A stretch of 64,000 nucleotides of DNA from Camelus ferus (Eukaryota), in NCBI RefSeq assembly GCF_009834535.1, contig NC_045696.1, forward strand, positions 25,360,001-25,424,000, written 5' to 3'. The notes under the pieces are model-generated. The model did no database searches, was not told the origin of the DNA, and saw only the letters and a program-made list of their open reading frames with translations. This document shows, one piece after another, positions 12,521-23,810 of the stretch; positions within the stretch are counted from its first letter, which is position 1, and every line of letters starts with the position of its first letter. A program made the translations under genes and the position numbers.

Positions 12521-14519
12521 TTATTAAAATACTAAATAAAATTGCCCCAAATAATTGTGACAAGGACAACCTTTCCCAGAGCAGCAAAGAAGACTGGAAT
12601 GGGAAAACAGAATTGATTGTGCATGAACGTCCATGCTTAGAACCAGCAACTGCTGCTATACCCCTTTAAGAATCAACTTAGTTGACAAGACCAAAAAAAA
12701 AAAAAAATTCTCTAGTGTTTATTAGAGCCAGGTACCTGTCTAGTTGCTGACTCATATGTCTTCTTTTTCCCAATTCCTCTCTAATAAGCTGGGTTTTATA
12801 TCTTCCCTGACATCCCCATGATAACCTTTGTGTACTGACTCATAAGGAAAGAATCTGTCTCCTCCATGAGTTCCATGGTACTTAATTGTTTCATATCCCC
12901 TTCATCCTGGACAGTTCCTGGCACAGAGCTGACAGTGAATGATGAATCCAAGCATGTGAGTATGTGTTGTATGTGGGGTGTATGTGTGTGTGGTGTGTGT
13001 GTGTATAAATTCATGAAAGTAGCTAATTTAATGCCTTGGTTTACTATTTAATTTGAGCACAAGGATTAGACATGCAAGAAGAACTTTGCTTCATTAAAAT
13101 AAGGATGATCCATTCCTATCTTTAACCTTCTTTGAGTAGCATGTGTTTGTTCTAGAATATTCTGTGCACACAAAATATGTAGATTACCAAAAAAAATTGA
13201 AAGACTATTTACAATCTGTTACATGCATAATTATAACTGAGGCTTTGCACATACTGTATTGACTGCACATTTGCTGATGTGAGAAAAAGCAAAACAAGAA
13301 ACTTAGAAATTAGCTGCATATCAAATGTTTGCTTCAATCTTTGCACATTGAATAAGACATATTTTTCAAGTTGATTTTTTTTTAACTGTGACTTCAGCAG
13401 GTTTGTGTCCAAATTTGAGCATTACTTAAAAACATTGGTTCACAGCAATCTTTCTGTTTCCTGGGTGGTTACTTGATCATATTAACTTATGTTTACCTCC
13501 AAAAACTAGATTGGCTACTATGTTACTAAACTCACTCAAAAATGTACATTACTTCTATCAAGCATAGGGTTTCCTTAGGTTTCCTATTACATGAGTAGAT
13601 GATCTGGCTACTAAGGAATAATAATATAAAAATCTATCTAATGGAGTGTGTACTCTAAGAGATTAGAAACTGTGGCTAAAAGAGAAACATCCTACTATAT
13701 TAAGAAGAGTCTTTTGATTGTTAACTGATAACATGTTAAAGTATACTGACATTAATTTTCCTCTGTTACTGTTATTTTTACTTGTATCAGGTTTAATGAT
13801 ACTATAAAAAGAACATAACTTTCAGTCTTTTGTTGTGCAAATGAGGTAAAATTATTTGTTCTTTGTTAACTTAACATTTTAAGAGTAATGTTGCTACTTC
13901 CAGGTAAGTGTATTTCTATTTAAGTTGCAGAATCTATATATGCAGAGTCTAGGAATATTAGTGCCTTATTTTATACAGATTTTATACATATCTAAAAAAC
14001 TAAAATGTTCTTGGAGTTAAGACACATCTTCTGACAGATGTGGCTACTAGGACTGAACAATACGGAACTAGGAACCTGAGGTAGAAGTTAGTGGGAATTT
14101 CTACAAACAAGCTTGACATAGTTAAAATAACTTTTTGTTTGAAAATGGTTTCCATTTGGTAATATATTAAATAGTCTCAAATACCCAAACTGTATCTTAA
14201 CCAAACTATATGTTATCAGAACACTTTTTTAAAATCACATTGGCATGTATAAAATACCTCTTCTTAAGATGACCAGATGAAAAGAAATATTAGGCATAAA
14301 ATTAAATCTTTGTGTAATCAAGCATTCAGAGCCCCATATATGTAGACTGTCCATCACTAAATTCATTTTAATTTAAGAATGGGGTGAGATCAATGCTTGC
14401 ACATGGCTTTTATAATCCCCACCCAAAGCCACAGATGGCTCCACTTAGTAACCCAGTGAGAAAGACAGAAGGGCTTTGCTTCGCTAACACTGACTCCACT
14501 AGAACCCTTTGCAGTGATG

Positions 14520-14706
14520 GGAGGCAGGTAACACGAAGCCCCACCTGCATTAACCATGCCTCCTAAAGCTCCCACAGAACCTAACCCAACACTAGACCAT
14601 GAATCAGGAGTATAGAGATACTCCCTGAAGATCAGGGAGATTCTCCTTAGGCATGGTTGGTTTGCTGTGGAGGCATTAAGAGGTGGGGGCGTGGTATCTA
14701 GTTCCA
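14520..14706. mobile_element. Ancient palindromic MITE-like element (probably hAT-derived)
   Basis: Decayed inverted arms: ccccacct (14539-14546) / aggtgggg (14681-14688), aaccatgcct (14552-14561) / aggcatggtt (14649-14658). Confidence 0.5.
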
Positions 14707-14974
14707 GTATGAGTTCACTTTCCTCATCAGAGAAATTAAAAAGAAAACATAGAACGCTGCTTCAGATATTCTTTCAAATTCATTCTTTTTTTTTAATTTA
14801 AAAATTTGTTTTATTAAATATTTACCATTTTCACCATTAAAATTACCGACAAACTATACAGAGTGTCTTCTTCAATTTGTAAGTCAATTATGATACAAAC
14901 AACAGTGAAGCCATTAAAATTATGATACATTGGTTGATTTTGAGCAATATACATAAGCCTCTAGACTCATTTGG

Positions 14975-15388
14975 TGAGGTGAGCAAAAGTTCGATATTTA
15001 AACCAGACAATAACATCACAAGAAAAGAAAATTACAAAGTCAACTCAGTTTTGAATAAAAATGTGAAAATCCTAAATTAAACATGGGCAAACTATCTAAC
15101 AATGTATAAAAAAAATACATAATGTCTAAGTTGGGTTGATCTCAAGATTTCAGTGATGGCTTAACATTGGTAGAAAGTTTATTAATATAATTCTCTAACA
15201 TAATAAAAGAGAAAGGCCATATGGTCATCTCACTAGATACTGGAAAGCCAGCAAATAAGATTCGACACTCATTCATGACAAAAACTGTTAATAAACTAGG
15301 AATAGAAGGGCACATCTATATCCTGGTAAAGATTACCAAAAATCTACTATAAACATCATGCATACTAGAGAAATGTTAGAAGCATTTA
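14975..15388 (+). mobile_element. Ancient L1 ORF2 fragment (RT N-terminal part)
   Basis: aaaccagacaataacatcacaagaaaagaaaattac ... catatggtcatctcactagatactggaaagcc ... ctaggaatagaaggg (KPD..I.RKENY, HM.IS.D..KA, LGIEG). Confidence 0.85.
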
Positions 15389-15391
15389 CTG

Positions 15392-15830
15392 TATTGAAGT
15401 ATAGTCAGTTTACAATGTTGTGTCAATTTCTGGTGTACAGCATAATGCTTCAGTCATGCATACATACATATATTCATTTTCATATTCTTTTTTATTATAG
15501 GTTACTACAGGATATATAGTTCCTGTGCTGTACAGTATACACTTTGTTGTTTATTTTGTATATAGTAGTTAGTATCTGCAAGTCTCAAACTCCCAATTTA
15601 TCCCTTCCCACCCCTTTACTCCCTGATAACCATAAGTCTATGTCTGTGAATCTGTTTCTGTTTTGTAAATAAGTTCATTTCTGTGTTTTGTTTTCAAGAT
15701 TCCACATGTAAGTGATATTATAAGGTATTTTTCTTTCTCTTTTTGGCTTACTTCCCTTAAAATGACTATCTCCGGGTCCATCCATGTTGCTGCAAATGAC
15801 AGTATTTTATTCTTTTTTATGGCTGAATAT
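15392..15830 (-). mobile_element. Younger lineage-type L1 3' end (camelid/cetartiodactyl)
   Basis: attgaagtatagtcagtttacaatgttgtgtcaatttctggtgtacagc ... ccatccatgttgctgcaaatg ... ttttatggctga; well preserved. Confidence 0.85.
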
Positions 15831-16254
15831 CAAAGTAATTCTTAATGTAAGACCCTCTAGCCAAGGGAAACAATTTTATTCCTTGGAAACTGCACAGTCC
15901 AAGCCCAATTGGAATAAATAATTCCACTGGTGTGCCTTTGATTTTACCCTTGTTGTGATACAAGAAAGCTGCATTACTGTTCTGAGAAAGATTTGGCTCG
16001 CTCCTTTCCCTGTTTGAACATAAAGAGTACCCTTGTGCTACCTAGGAAGGGTAGAACATGATCTGATTAAATTTTTTTTTAATTCTAACCCCTTCAGTAA
16101 TTGGGAAACAGAGGGAACCAGTTCAAAACACTGCATTTTAAACAGGATTCCAGTTTGGCTTTTTTGACTTTATGGAAGTGCCTAAATCAGAGTAACTTCA
16201 TATACATGCAGTCTATATAGATGAACATTTCTTATTTTGAACACTTTGATTGTC

Positions 16255-16446
16255 CATAGCACCTTCTGATTGTCCTTATTACAGTACTTATTTTATTGTA
16301 TTAAAATGCTTATTTATTTGAGTATATTCCCCAAAGATGGTAAACACTCTGAAGCCAGGGACTATGGCTTGTTCACTTTTGTATCTCCAGGTTTTAGATC
16401 AGTGGCTGGCACAAAATGATGCTCAACAACTAGTTACTGAATAGAA
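16255..16446 (+). mobile_element. L2 3' end
   Basis: gtaaacactctgaagccagggac ... gtggctggcacaaaatgatgctcaac ... tgaata. Confidence 0.7.
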
Positions 16447-16469
16447 TAAAATACTGTGAGAATAAAAAT

Positions 16470-16984
16470 GCATCAGCAGAATTTTTGTGTGCAACAAACT
16501 ACTCCAAAACGTAATGCTTAAAACAACAATTACTATTGTTCGTGATCAGTGGATCATCTGAGCATTTTTGTTTATCTGATCAGACGAGGATGATCTTGGC
16601 TGGGCCCACTCATGCTTCTGTGGTCAGTGATGGTTTTGGCCATGGGCTGTGATGTCCAAAATGGTCTTACTCTCACACCCGGCGTCTTCCTTTCTGTTAG
16701 CATGGCTGATGAGGGTGACTACACAGCAGACCTCTCACATTCCAACACTCTCGTCACAGCTTGTTCACGTTGTGGTAGATGGTAGGGATTCTGAGAGTGT
16801 CGTAAAAATTGCAAGTCCCCTTGAGCCTCGGCTGGAGACACAGTAACATTTCTGATTTGTCTGTTTGGTCAAAGCAAATCACAAGGCAAACTCATTTTCA
16901 ATCTGTGGGGAAAGAGATCCCCACCCTCTCACGTTTTGATGGGAGGAGCCTCAAACTACTGTGGTCATTTTTGAAATTTACCAC
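16470..16984 (-). mobile_element. MaLR solo LTR (MLT1H/I-type)
   Basis: aacaaactactccaaaac ... ttggtcaaagcaaatcacaaggc ... ttgatgggaggagc ... aatttaccaca terminus. Confidence 0.8.
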
Positions 16985-17989
16985 AAATGATAAAACATTC
17001 AGGATGTCCCAAGAAAGTAAGCTACTTTGGGATCTGAAATTTCCTCCCTATAATATCAGCATCATCATTCACATCTTCATCTTTTTTTTTCTACCTGGGA
17101 CCTGAGTCCCCTTCAAAAACCCACATAGTAAGCTAGTCATTAGCTTTACTCCCTGTAAAATGCTTTACTTTCTGTTATTCCAGTTGTACCACCTCTTAGC
17201 CTCTGTCCACCTGGGGAGGCTAGATAGAATTGAAAATCTAAGCAAAACAGACAAACAAACAAACAAAAACCATCAAAAAAGAAACTACCCTGCTTATAGA
17301 AAGCTGTTTTGAGAACAACTGGAAATTCAGTGATCTAGTGCAAGCCTGAATTTCTGGCTTATTTTAGTTTTATTTTATATCTTGATTCTCCTCAGACTTA
17401 AGAAGACCATAGTTCAGATAATAATAGCTCATTTCTGAAGTGGATTCAACAAAAGAAAGCTTTGACCATTCTTTTAGTCTTCTTTTAATAGAGTGGCTAT
17501 CATAAGCTTTTTTCCTTCTTTTTCTTAAGCAGGTGGTCTGTGGCATCAAGTATTGTAAGAACTCCTCAGGGAATTCACGGGCTACATTAGATGGAATCAT
17601 TGAGTTAGATGATGTCTATAAAGAGATACTGGGGATGCCATTAAAATAAAAACTAAGTATTGTGAGTGAGAGCATGAAATTCTAGGCAAGGTGGTTTTCA
17701 GGTCTTAGTAAAACTGTGAGATTAGTAAAATGTCTTTTTAGGAGTGCATGACTTGCCTATAATTTTGCATTCTGCAAAAAGAAAAGAAAGTTGTCTGTCT
17801 CCACTAAAATATTCACTAATGATGTTTGAGAAGTTTTTATAGAAAATATCCAAAAATGGAAGTAGCGTCAAGACCAGGGAGAATGGATTGAAGCAATGGC
17901 AAATGGATGAGGGTGGCAACCTTCATGGCACACTGTGGAGGTCACAAACTGCTCTTTAATAATCTAGGGTACTTCCATGCATGCAGTCC

Positions 17990-18400
17990 TATATTCATCT
18001 AATAAACATTTATTGAGCACCTTCTATATATCAAGCACTGAGGCAATTACAAAGAAGAATGAGGTACATCCTTATCCTCAAGAATTATACTGCCTGCAAA
18101 AGAAAGCTTGCAAGTTAAATTGCTAAGTTATGAAGTGGAGATAAATATAAAGTGCTCTGAGCATACAGGGAAAGTAACTAAATATTATCTGGAGAGCTGG
18201 AGGTAAATTAATAGGGGAGATAACATGGGAGGTAGATCACAAATGATGACTGTTTACTATACCCAGGAAAAGCAGAATCCAGGCAGTGAGAGTGATACAA
18301 AGCACAGCAAAAAAAGTGGAGTGGAATTCAGTCTCTTTGAGAAATTAAAAGACAATTCAGCTTTTGAAAGCAGAAGCAATATTACAGTGGGGAGGATGGT
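17990..18400 (-). mobile_element. L2 fragment
   Basis: attcatctaataaacatttattgagcacct...caagcactg, a reverse L2 3' end. Confidence 0.7.
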
Positions 18401-20506
18401 AATGTTTTGAGGAATAATATTACTGAATCAGAATTACCAGTGTTCAGACATGTACAAGCACTGTTGTCTAATATATCACACACTCAGCTCCTCCTGAGTC
18501 ATACTTAAACGGCTCATCTCCTGTGCCCTTTATTTGTACCTAGACTTCAGTGCTTTTCATATTGGAGTGTATAATTGTTTAATATCTGCATTTATACTTG
18601 ACTTTAATCTTGAAGATCACACTACTTCTTATCATAATGTATCTCTCTCTTATCTGGAGCGTTGCAAAATACTTGTAATACTTGCTGAACTTTTTCTTTC
18701 CTCAATCTTCCTAAATTACCTTGATTGTTCCCAGTCTTAGTCTTAAACTACTTACTCACCTTTCACCTATTTTGTTGTCCTAAATTCTTAATAATCCCAG
18801 CTGATAACCTTGAAGTAGAACAAAATATTTTCTTAGGTCTAACTTGGTTTCTAAGCCCCAATGAATTCAACAAAAGCATTGAGCCTTGTGAATGTACAGA
18901 AGTGGCCAAGGATCCTAGCACAGTGTGATTTGTACCAGGGTTTGTCCAAGCTACCAGTGGATTTCACCCAGTTACCTGTTTGAACAAACATGTTTGTGGT
19001 CCACTGTACTTTTATTATCAAAATTCATGTGCTTTTAGTCAGCTAGGTGTAGTGTTTTGTAGTCTTTGCTTTCAGCTACCCAACTTTTAGAAAGTTGTGA
19101 GAATCCAAGAATCAGTGGCCTCTTTGTATCCAGTAATGACGCAGCAAATCTGCTAAAATGTCCCAACGTTCAGTTTAACAAAAATCTACGTGCAGACTAT
19201 TTCTGTGCCTAGATTCAAGAACGTAATATCTATGGAATTACATGCAAGCGTTTGGTGAAAAGAATAGCCATAAAATAACTCAGGAGAGGTCTTCCCAATA
19301 TCTATTTTAAATTAAACAATGGAATCCATAATGTTGACACAGAACAGGTTTCTTGTGGCTGCATTGCCCTATTAATGGAATTGCTGCATGAGTGACTTAA
19401 GGCATATTTAAATGTCACGCTTCAGGCATTGTTGCCTTTTATTGACAAAAGAGATTGCATGATGGTTGTTTTTCAGAAGTTATTGCTTTCTGAGCAAGAG
19501 CACTGCACACAGAAAAAAGTCATGGGCTTCCGAAACTGTGAAATTACTAGTGAACGTTACCTGAGGATAACTGATATGATCTGAAAGAGCTGTTACACTG
19601 TAAGCATTCCTTCAGTTGTTCTTTTTATCCTTGCTAATCTTCTGGCCTCCTTGCTTCCAGCTTTCTTTGAAGTTATTTTTATTTCCTCCTTTTTACAGTT
19701 CACTGAATGCTCTCCCTATGTGAGAAAAACTGAGGACCAAAGTTCATAGCTGTTTACTATTCTCTTGTCTAACACATGCATGACAGAGTGTTATACTAAA
19801 AATATCTAGCAAACTGCTTGCATTTTTTCCTTCTATGAGGAGACAAGGTCCTTGGTTTGTATATGTTTTTTGTTTTTCTAATGGAAAGATGCTGCTATTA
19901 CGACTCCAAGAATCACTGATAACCCAACTTGGTAGCACTTTTTCAGTTCATTACATTATTACCAGTGTGGTTTGCTAGGATTTAACTCAGTGGCATGTAA
20001 TTTGGTTCCTGGACACTAATGCATTTCTAGGAGCACATCTGTGACTGAGTGGTTGACTTGAAAGTCACCCTCTGTCACTCCATTTTTGCCAGCGCCTCTT
20101 TATTGGAAATACACCTAGAGAAAAGTCACAGACTGTGGCAGCTTGTAGCATAATGTGAGACTGCCTTCTAGGCATAAAGTAAAAATACCAGAAATGCAGT
20201 TAAAGAATTTTAAAATTCCATTTTGTTATCAGGTGAAAGGAGTACTAGTCAAATGAACCTTACAAAGGAATGAAAAATAAAATGCGTTACTCATTACTTT
20301 TGTGTGTGTTTCTAAATCCATGTTTCAAAGGAAGTCATTAAGCTGATCTCAACAATGGTGACAGATCAGGAAGTAAATTAGTTGCAAGGATGGCAGTTAT
20401 TTCAAATGCTGTTCAATTTGTTGATGTACCAAGGTGTAGAAACAATATTAGAGATTTACTGATGTACTGATTTCTTTAAAATGTGTTAACTTTTAAGAAA
20501 TGTGTT

Positions 20507-20640
20507 GGGGGGAGAGTATAGCTCAAGTGGTAGAGCGCATGTGTAGCATACCCAAGGTCCTGGGTTCAATCCCCAGTACCGCCTCTAAAAATAAATAAAC
20601 AAGTAAACCTAACTACCTCCCCTCATTCCCCCCCCCAAAA
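20507..20640 (+). mobile_element. Camelid Vic-1-type tRNA-derived SINE
   Basis: Pol III A box (tagctcaagtgg) and B box (gggttcaatccc), then an AT-rich tail with aaacctaactacctcccc and an A run. Perfect 11-bp TSD aagaaatgtgt (20495-20505 / 20641-20651) at a TTTT/AA L1 endonuclease site. Confidence 0.92.
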
Positions 20641-20714
20641 AAGAAATGTGTAATATCATCATTAACATCTAACATAAAATATCATCAATTCAACATCCCT
20701 TCTTCTTTCAAAAA

Positions 20715-20811
20715 GCAAAGAGAGGTAAGATATATCACCAGACTTCAAGGAGCTCAGATTTTTGCAAAGAGAGGTAAGATATATCACCAGACTTCAAGGA
20801 GCTCAAATTTT
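20715..20811. repeat. 49-bp tandem duplication
   Basis: gcaaagagaggtaagatatatcaccagacttcaaggagctca at 20715 and 20764. Confidence 0.95.
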
Positions 20812-22679
20812 GGTAAGAAGCACAACAATACAAATTATTACAGCACAGAGTAGTATATGCATTAAGGCAGATTAGTTCACATGAAATATTCTAGAATCAC
20901 AGGAAACGAAGCTACCAGTTCTGACAATGTACATCAAGGACGTTCTGCCAGATAAGTTCAATCTTCAGCTGTGTTTCAAAGAACTAGTAATATTTTGTCA
21001 AACCAATAAGTGGTGGAAGCATTTCAAAAAAGTGAGAACAGAATGTGGAAATATAACGAGTTATAAAATCGCTTCACATGTTTAGGAAACTTCTACCAAC
21101 TTGATATTGTTGCAGCAAAGAAATACAAAAAAGTTTGCAGTAAATACTGCTGAAGAAAAAAAAATTAGTTTGTGATCTCCTTGTATGCAGCAGTAAGACA
21201 CTTGTCATTTTATTCCCTTGGCAATGGTGAGAATAATTTTATGACTTTAACAAAGTAATGAAAAATCATAGTATAAGGAGTAAGTAGACATGCTCAATGA
21301 TGGTGGGTGATAGGGACAGAGAAAGGAGACTGTGCAAGGGGGAGACATTAATAAATGAAGACATTGTTTTAATAGTACAAAAAAGAGATACTGTGACTTG
21401 AATAAAGATGGAACTTGGGACATTAGAAAAGTAGTAGGCATTATAGTTTGCATGGCATATGTACTAGACAGATTTGAATTTGTAAGGAAGAAATATCTCA
21501 GTGTAGTCTTGCTAAAAGTTTTCAACTAATTACTTAAATGAGTAGTTGATAATACTTGAAATGTATGCTTTTACCTATAACCACAAGAAAATAGATTTTT
21601 AAGTATTTTTCATAAAAAGAAAGGGCTTTACTATTTTTCAGTTTAAATTTTTTTAATTTAAAAAATTTATTTTAAACATCCTTATATCCATCCCTATTTC
21701 TTTATTGATGAATTCTGAGGGGTTTTTTTTTAGCATTTTTAACACATTCACCAAAATTATGCCCTGAAATGTTAATCAGATCAGTCAGATTGCAATAACA
21801 TCTCACTAAAACAGCATTTAAGAGAAAAATCATAATTCGGATAGCTTGAAAATTCTATACTCTTATTTCAAGATAAAGTTTAAAAAACATATAATTATTT
21901 GAAAGCAGTTTCTTTGAACATGAACTTTATGCCAATTTATTTTTAAACTGCTTGTAAATACTTGGGTTGTGGTTATTTTGTCATTATTTTCTATTACAGA
22001 TGAATAAGCAACAATATGAAGTAATGTTTCTAGGGATCCAGATTAACAGACTTTGGGAACATTAATAACATTTCAGCTCTGTTTGACTTGCACTCATGTG
22101 TACTTTGAAGTTTGTGTGGATTAATATTACTCTATGTGGTTTTAAAAACATGTTTCTGTTGTATGTTCTTCAATCGACTTCTTATACTGAAGCTTCAATT
22201 TCTTTTGTATTCAACAGTTAATTTTTATTTCTTAAAGTAAACTTTCTTTAGTCATTCTGATTAGCATTACTTCAAGCATTTCTCTGTTATAATTATTCTT
22301 GGTTTAAAGACATTTATTGCTATTAGCTTTTGTCTCAAGTGTTCATTGTATTCTTGTTACTTTTTTGTTGTTGCTCATTAATGTGACATTCTTGATTCTT
22401 ATTTCTGTGCTATGTTGGTATCTGTATCATCCTTCTTATGTTACTATTGGTACCAATGGAAAATAAAATAGTTGGCAGATTTAATGCATACCCTGCGCCT
22501 TGGTGGCCAGTAAATTTTTGGTGGATTTTTATTGAATGCAATAGTTTATTTCAAGTCCAATAGCTGAGTGCTTTGAAATCTAATTCCTAGAAGATATTTA
22601 ACTATCACTCCAGAGCTCTAATGTCTTTTAATGCCAATTAGATACTCACTCAGCTATAGAGAGCGAGCTTTGGCACACA

Positions 22680-23470
22680 TTTACCCATTCATCTAGTCTA
22701 CAAATATTTATTGATCACCTATGAAAAAGTACTTGCAAAGTGCTAGAAAATATGTATGGAGATGAATAATGCTCTGTTCGTGATTTCAAGGTGCTTAGAA
22801 GTCTAATGAAGAAAGTAGGAAAAAGTACCTCAGTAGAGGACAGAAAGTGAGACACAATCATGAAATGTATACAGATGAAATATCATGATTGTTTGGCATA
22901 AGGAAAGATTATTTCTAGGAGAGCATGAAATGATTTATTTATGCATCCAGGCCATATATGTATATATATATACACACACACACACATATATATTTTAGTA
23001 TATGTCACACAGCATTTTAAGGGTAACAAACTACCATGGTGAAAAAGTAGAGTCCCAGCTCTCAAGGAATTTACAGTCTGTGTGGGAGGACTAAAGATAA
23101 ATTAGCAAATAAATAGTATAATTTCAGAATGTTTGAAGTGATATCAAGAACTATGAACATTGATAGATAGTGACCGGGTGAGTGTTAGAAGAGATTAATC
23201 TGGTTTGGACAGATGACAGAAGCGTCTCAAAGGAGAAGCCTTGTGAGTTAAGAAGTGGAGCATGAAGAGGAGGCATCCATTTGGAGGCCGGAGCCAAAAG
23301 CACCCTCTACAGAGGCCGTCTTGCGTGAGAACGGGTTCAGCCGGTTCCCCTGCCCGACAAGTGCTAAGGGAACACGGAGAACAGTGATGGGAGGGAAGTT
23401 TGGAGGAAAGTAGGAGCCAGAAATTTACATCAGGTTTAGGCATTCGATTTTATTCTCACTGAAACAAACT
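22680..23470 (-). mobile_element. L2 fragments (reverse), with an intervening (TA)/(CA) microsatellite
   Basis: cattcatctagtctacaaatattttattgatcacct ..., gtcccagctctcaaggaatttacagtct ... and the purine-rich L2 body. Confidence 0.6.
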
Positions 23471-23624
23471 GGAAGTTTTCAAACAAAAGAGTAAATTAAT
23501 TTTCACAATAAAGCTGGCCATTGAGCTGCACCTGGAGGAAGGTGGACTAAATTAGTCCAAGATAATTGAGAGTGTAGGAGAAAAGCCAGACTTGGAAAGA
23601 AGGACGTTTATAACAGGAGTGTAG

Positions 23625-23810
23625 ACTGTTTACTGAATGCTTATGGTGTCCTTAGTGCTATTCCAACCACTGTGTCTGTACTTACTTCATTCTGACAGCT
23701 GTAAGGCAGGTGCTATTATTATTTTGCATGTGAGATAAGTAAGACACGGAGAGGTTATTTCGCCCTATGCCTCACTGCTAGTAAGGGCTAAGGCTGGAAT
23801 TTAAACCCAC
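23625..23810 (-). mobile_element. MIR SINE
   Basis: gtttactgaatgctta ... gtaaggcaggtgctattattatt ... cacggagaggtta ... ggctggaatttaaaccc. Confidence 0.7.

Noticed and set aside
20088..20107. CTCF-like motif (gccagcgcctctttattgg)
   Set aside because: Only the GGCGCT half matches; the core is poorly matched.
20507..20580. tRNA-Ala-like gene
   Set aside because: It is followed by a SINE tail and flanked by TSDs, so it is the tRNA-derived head of a SINE.
20715..20811. CRISPR-like direct repeats (also 28806-28904 and 62742-62782)
   Set aside because: Only two adjacent copies, no unique spacers, eukaryotic context, no cas genes.
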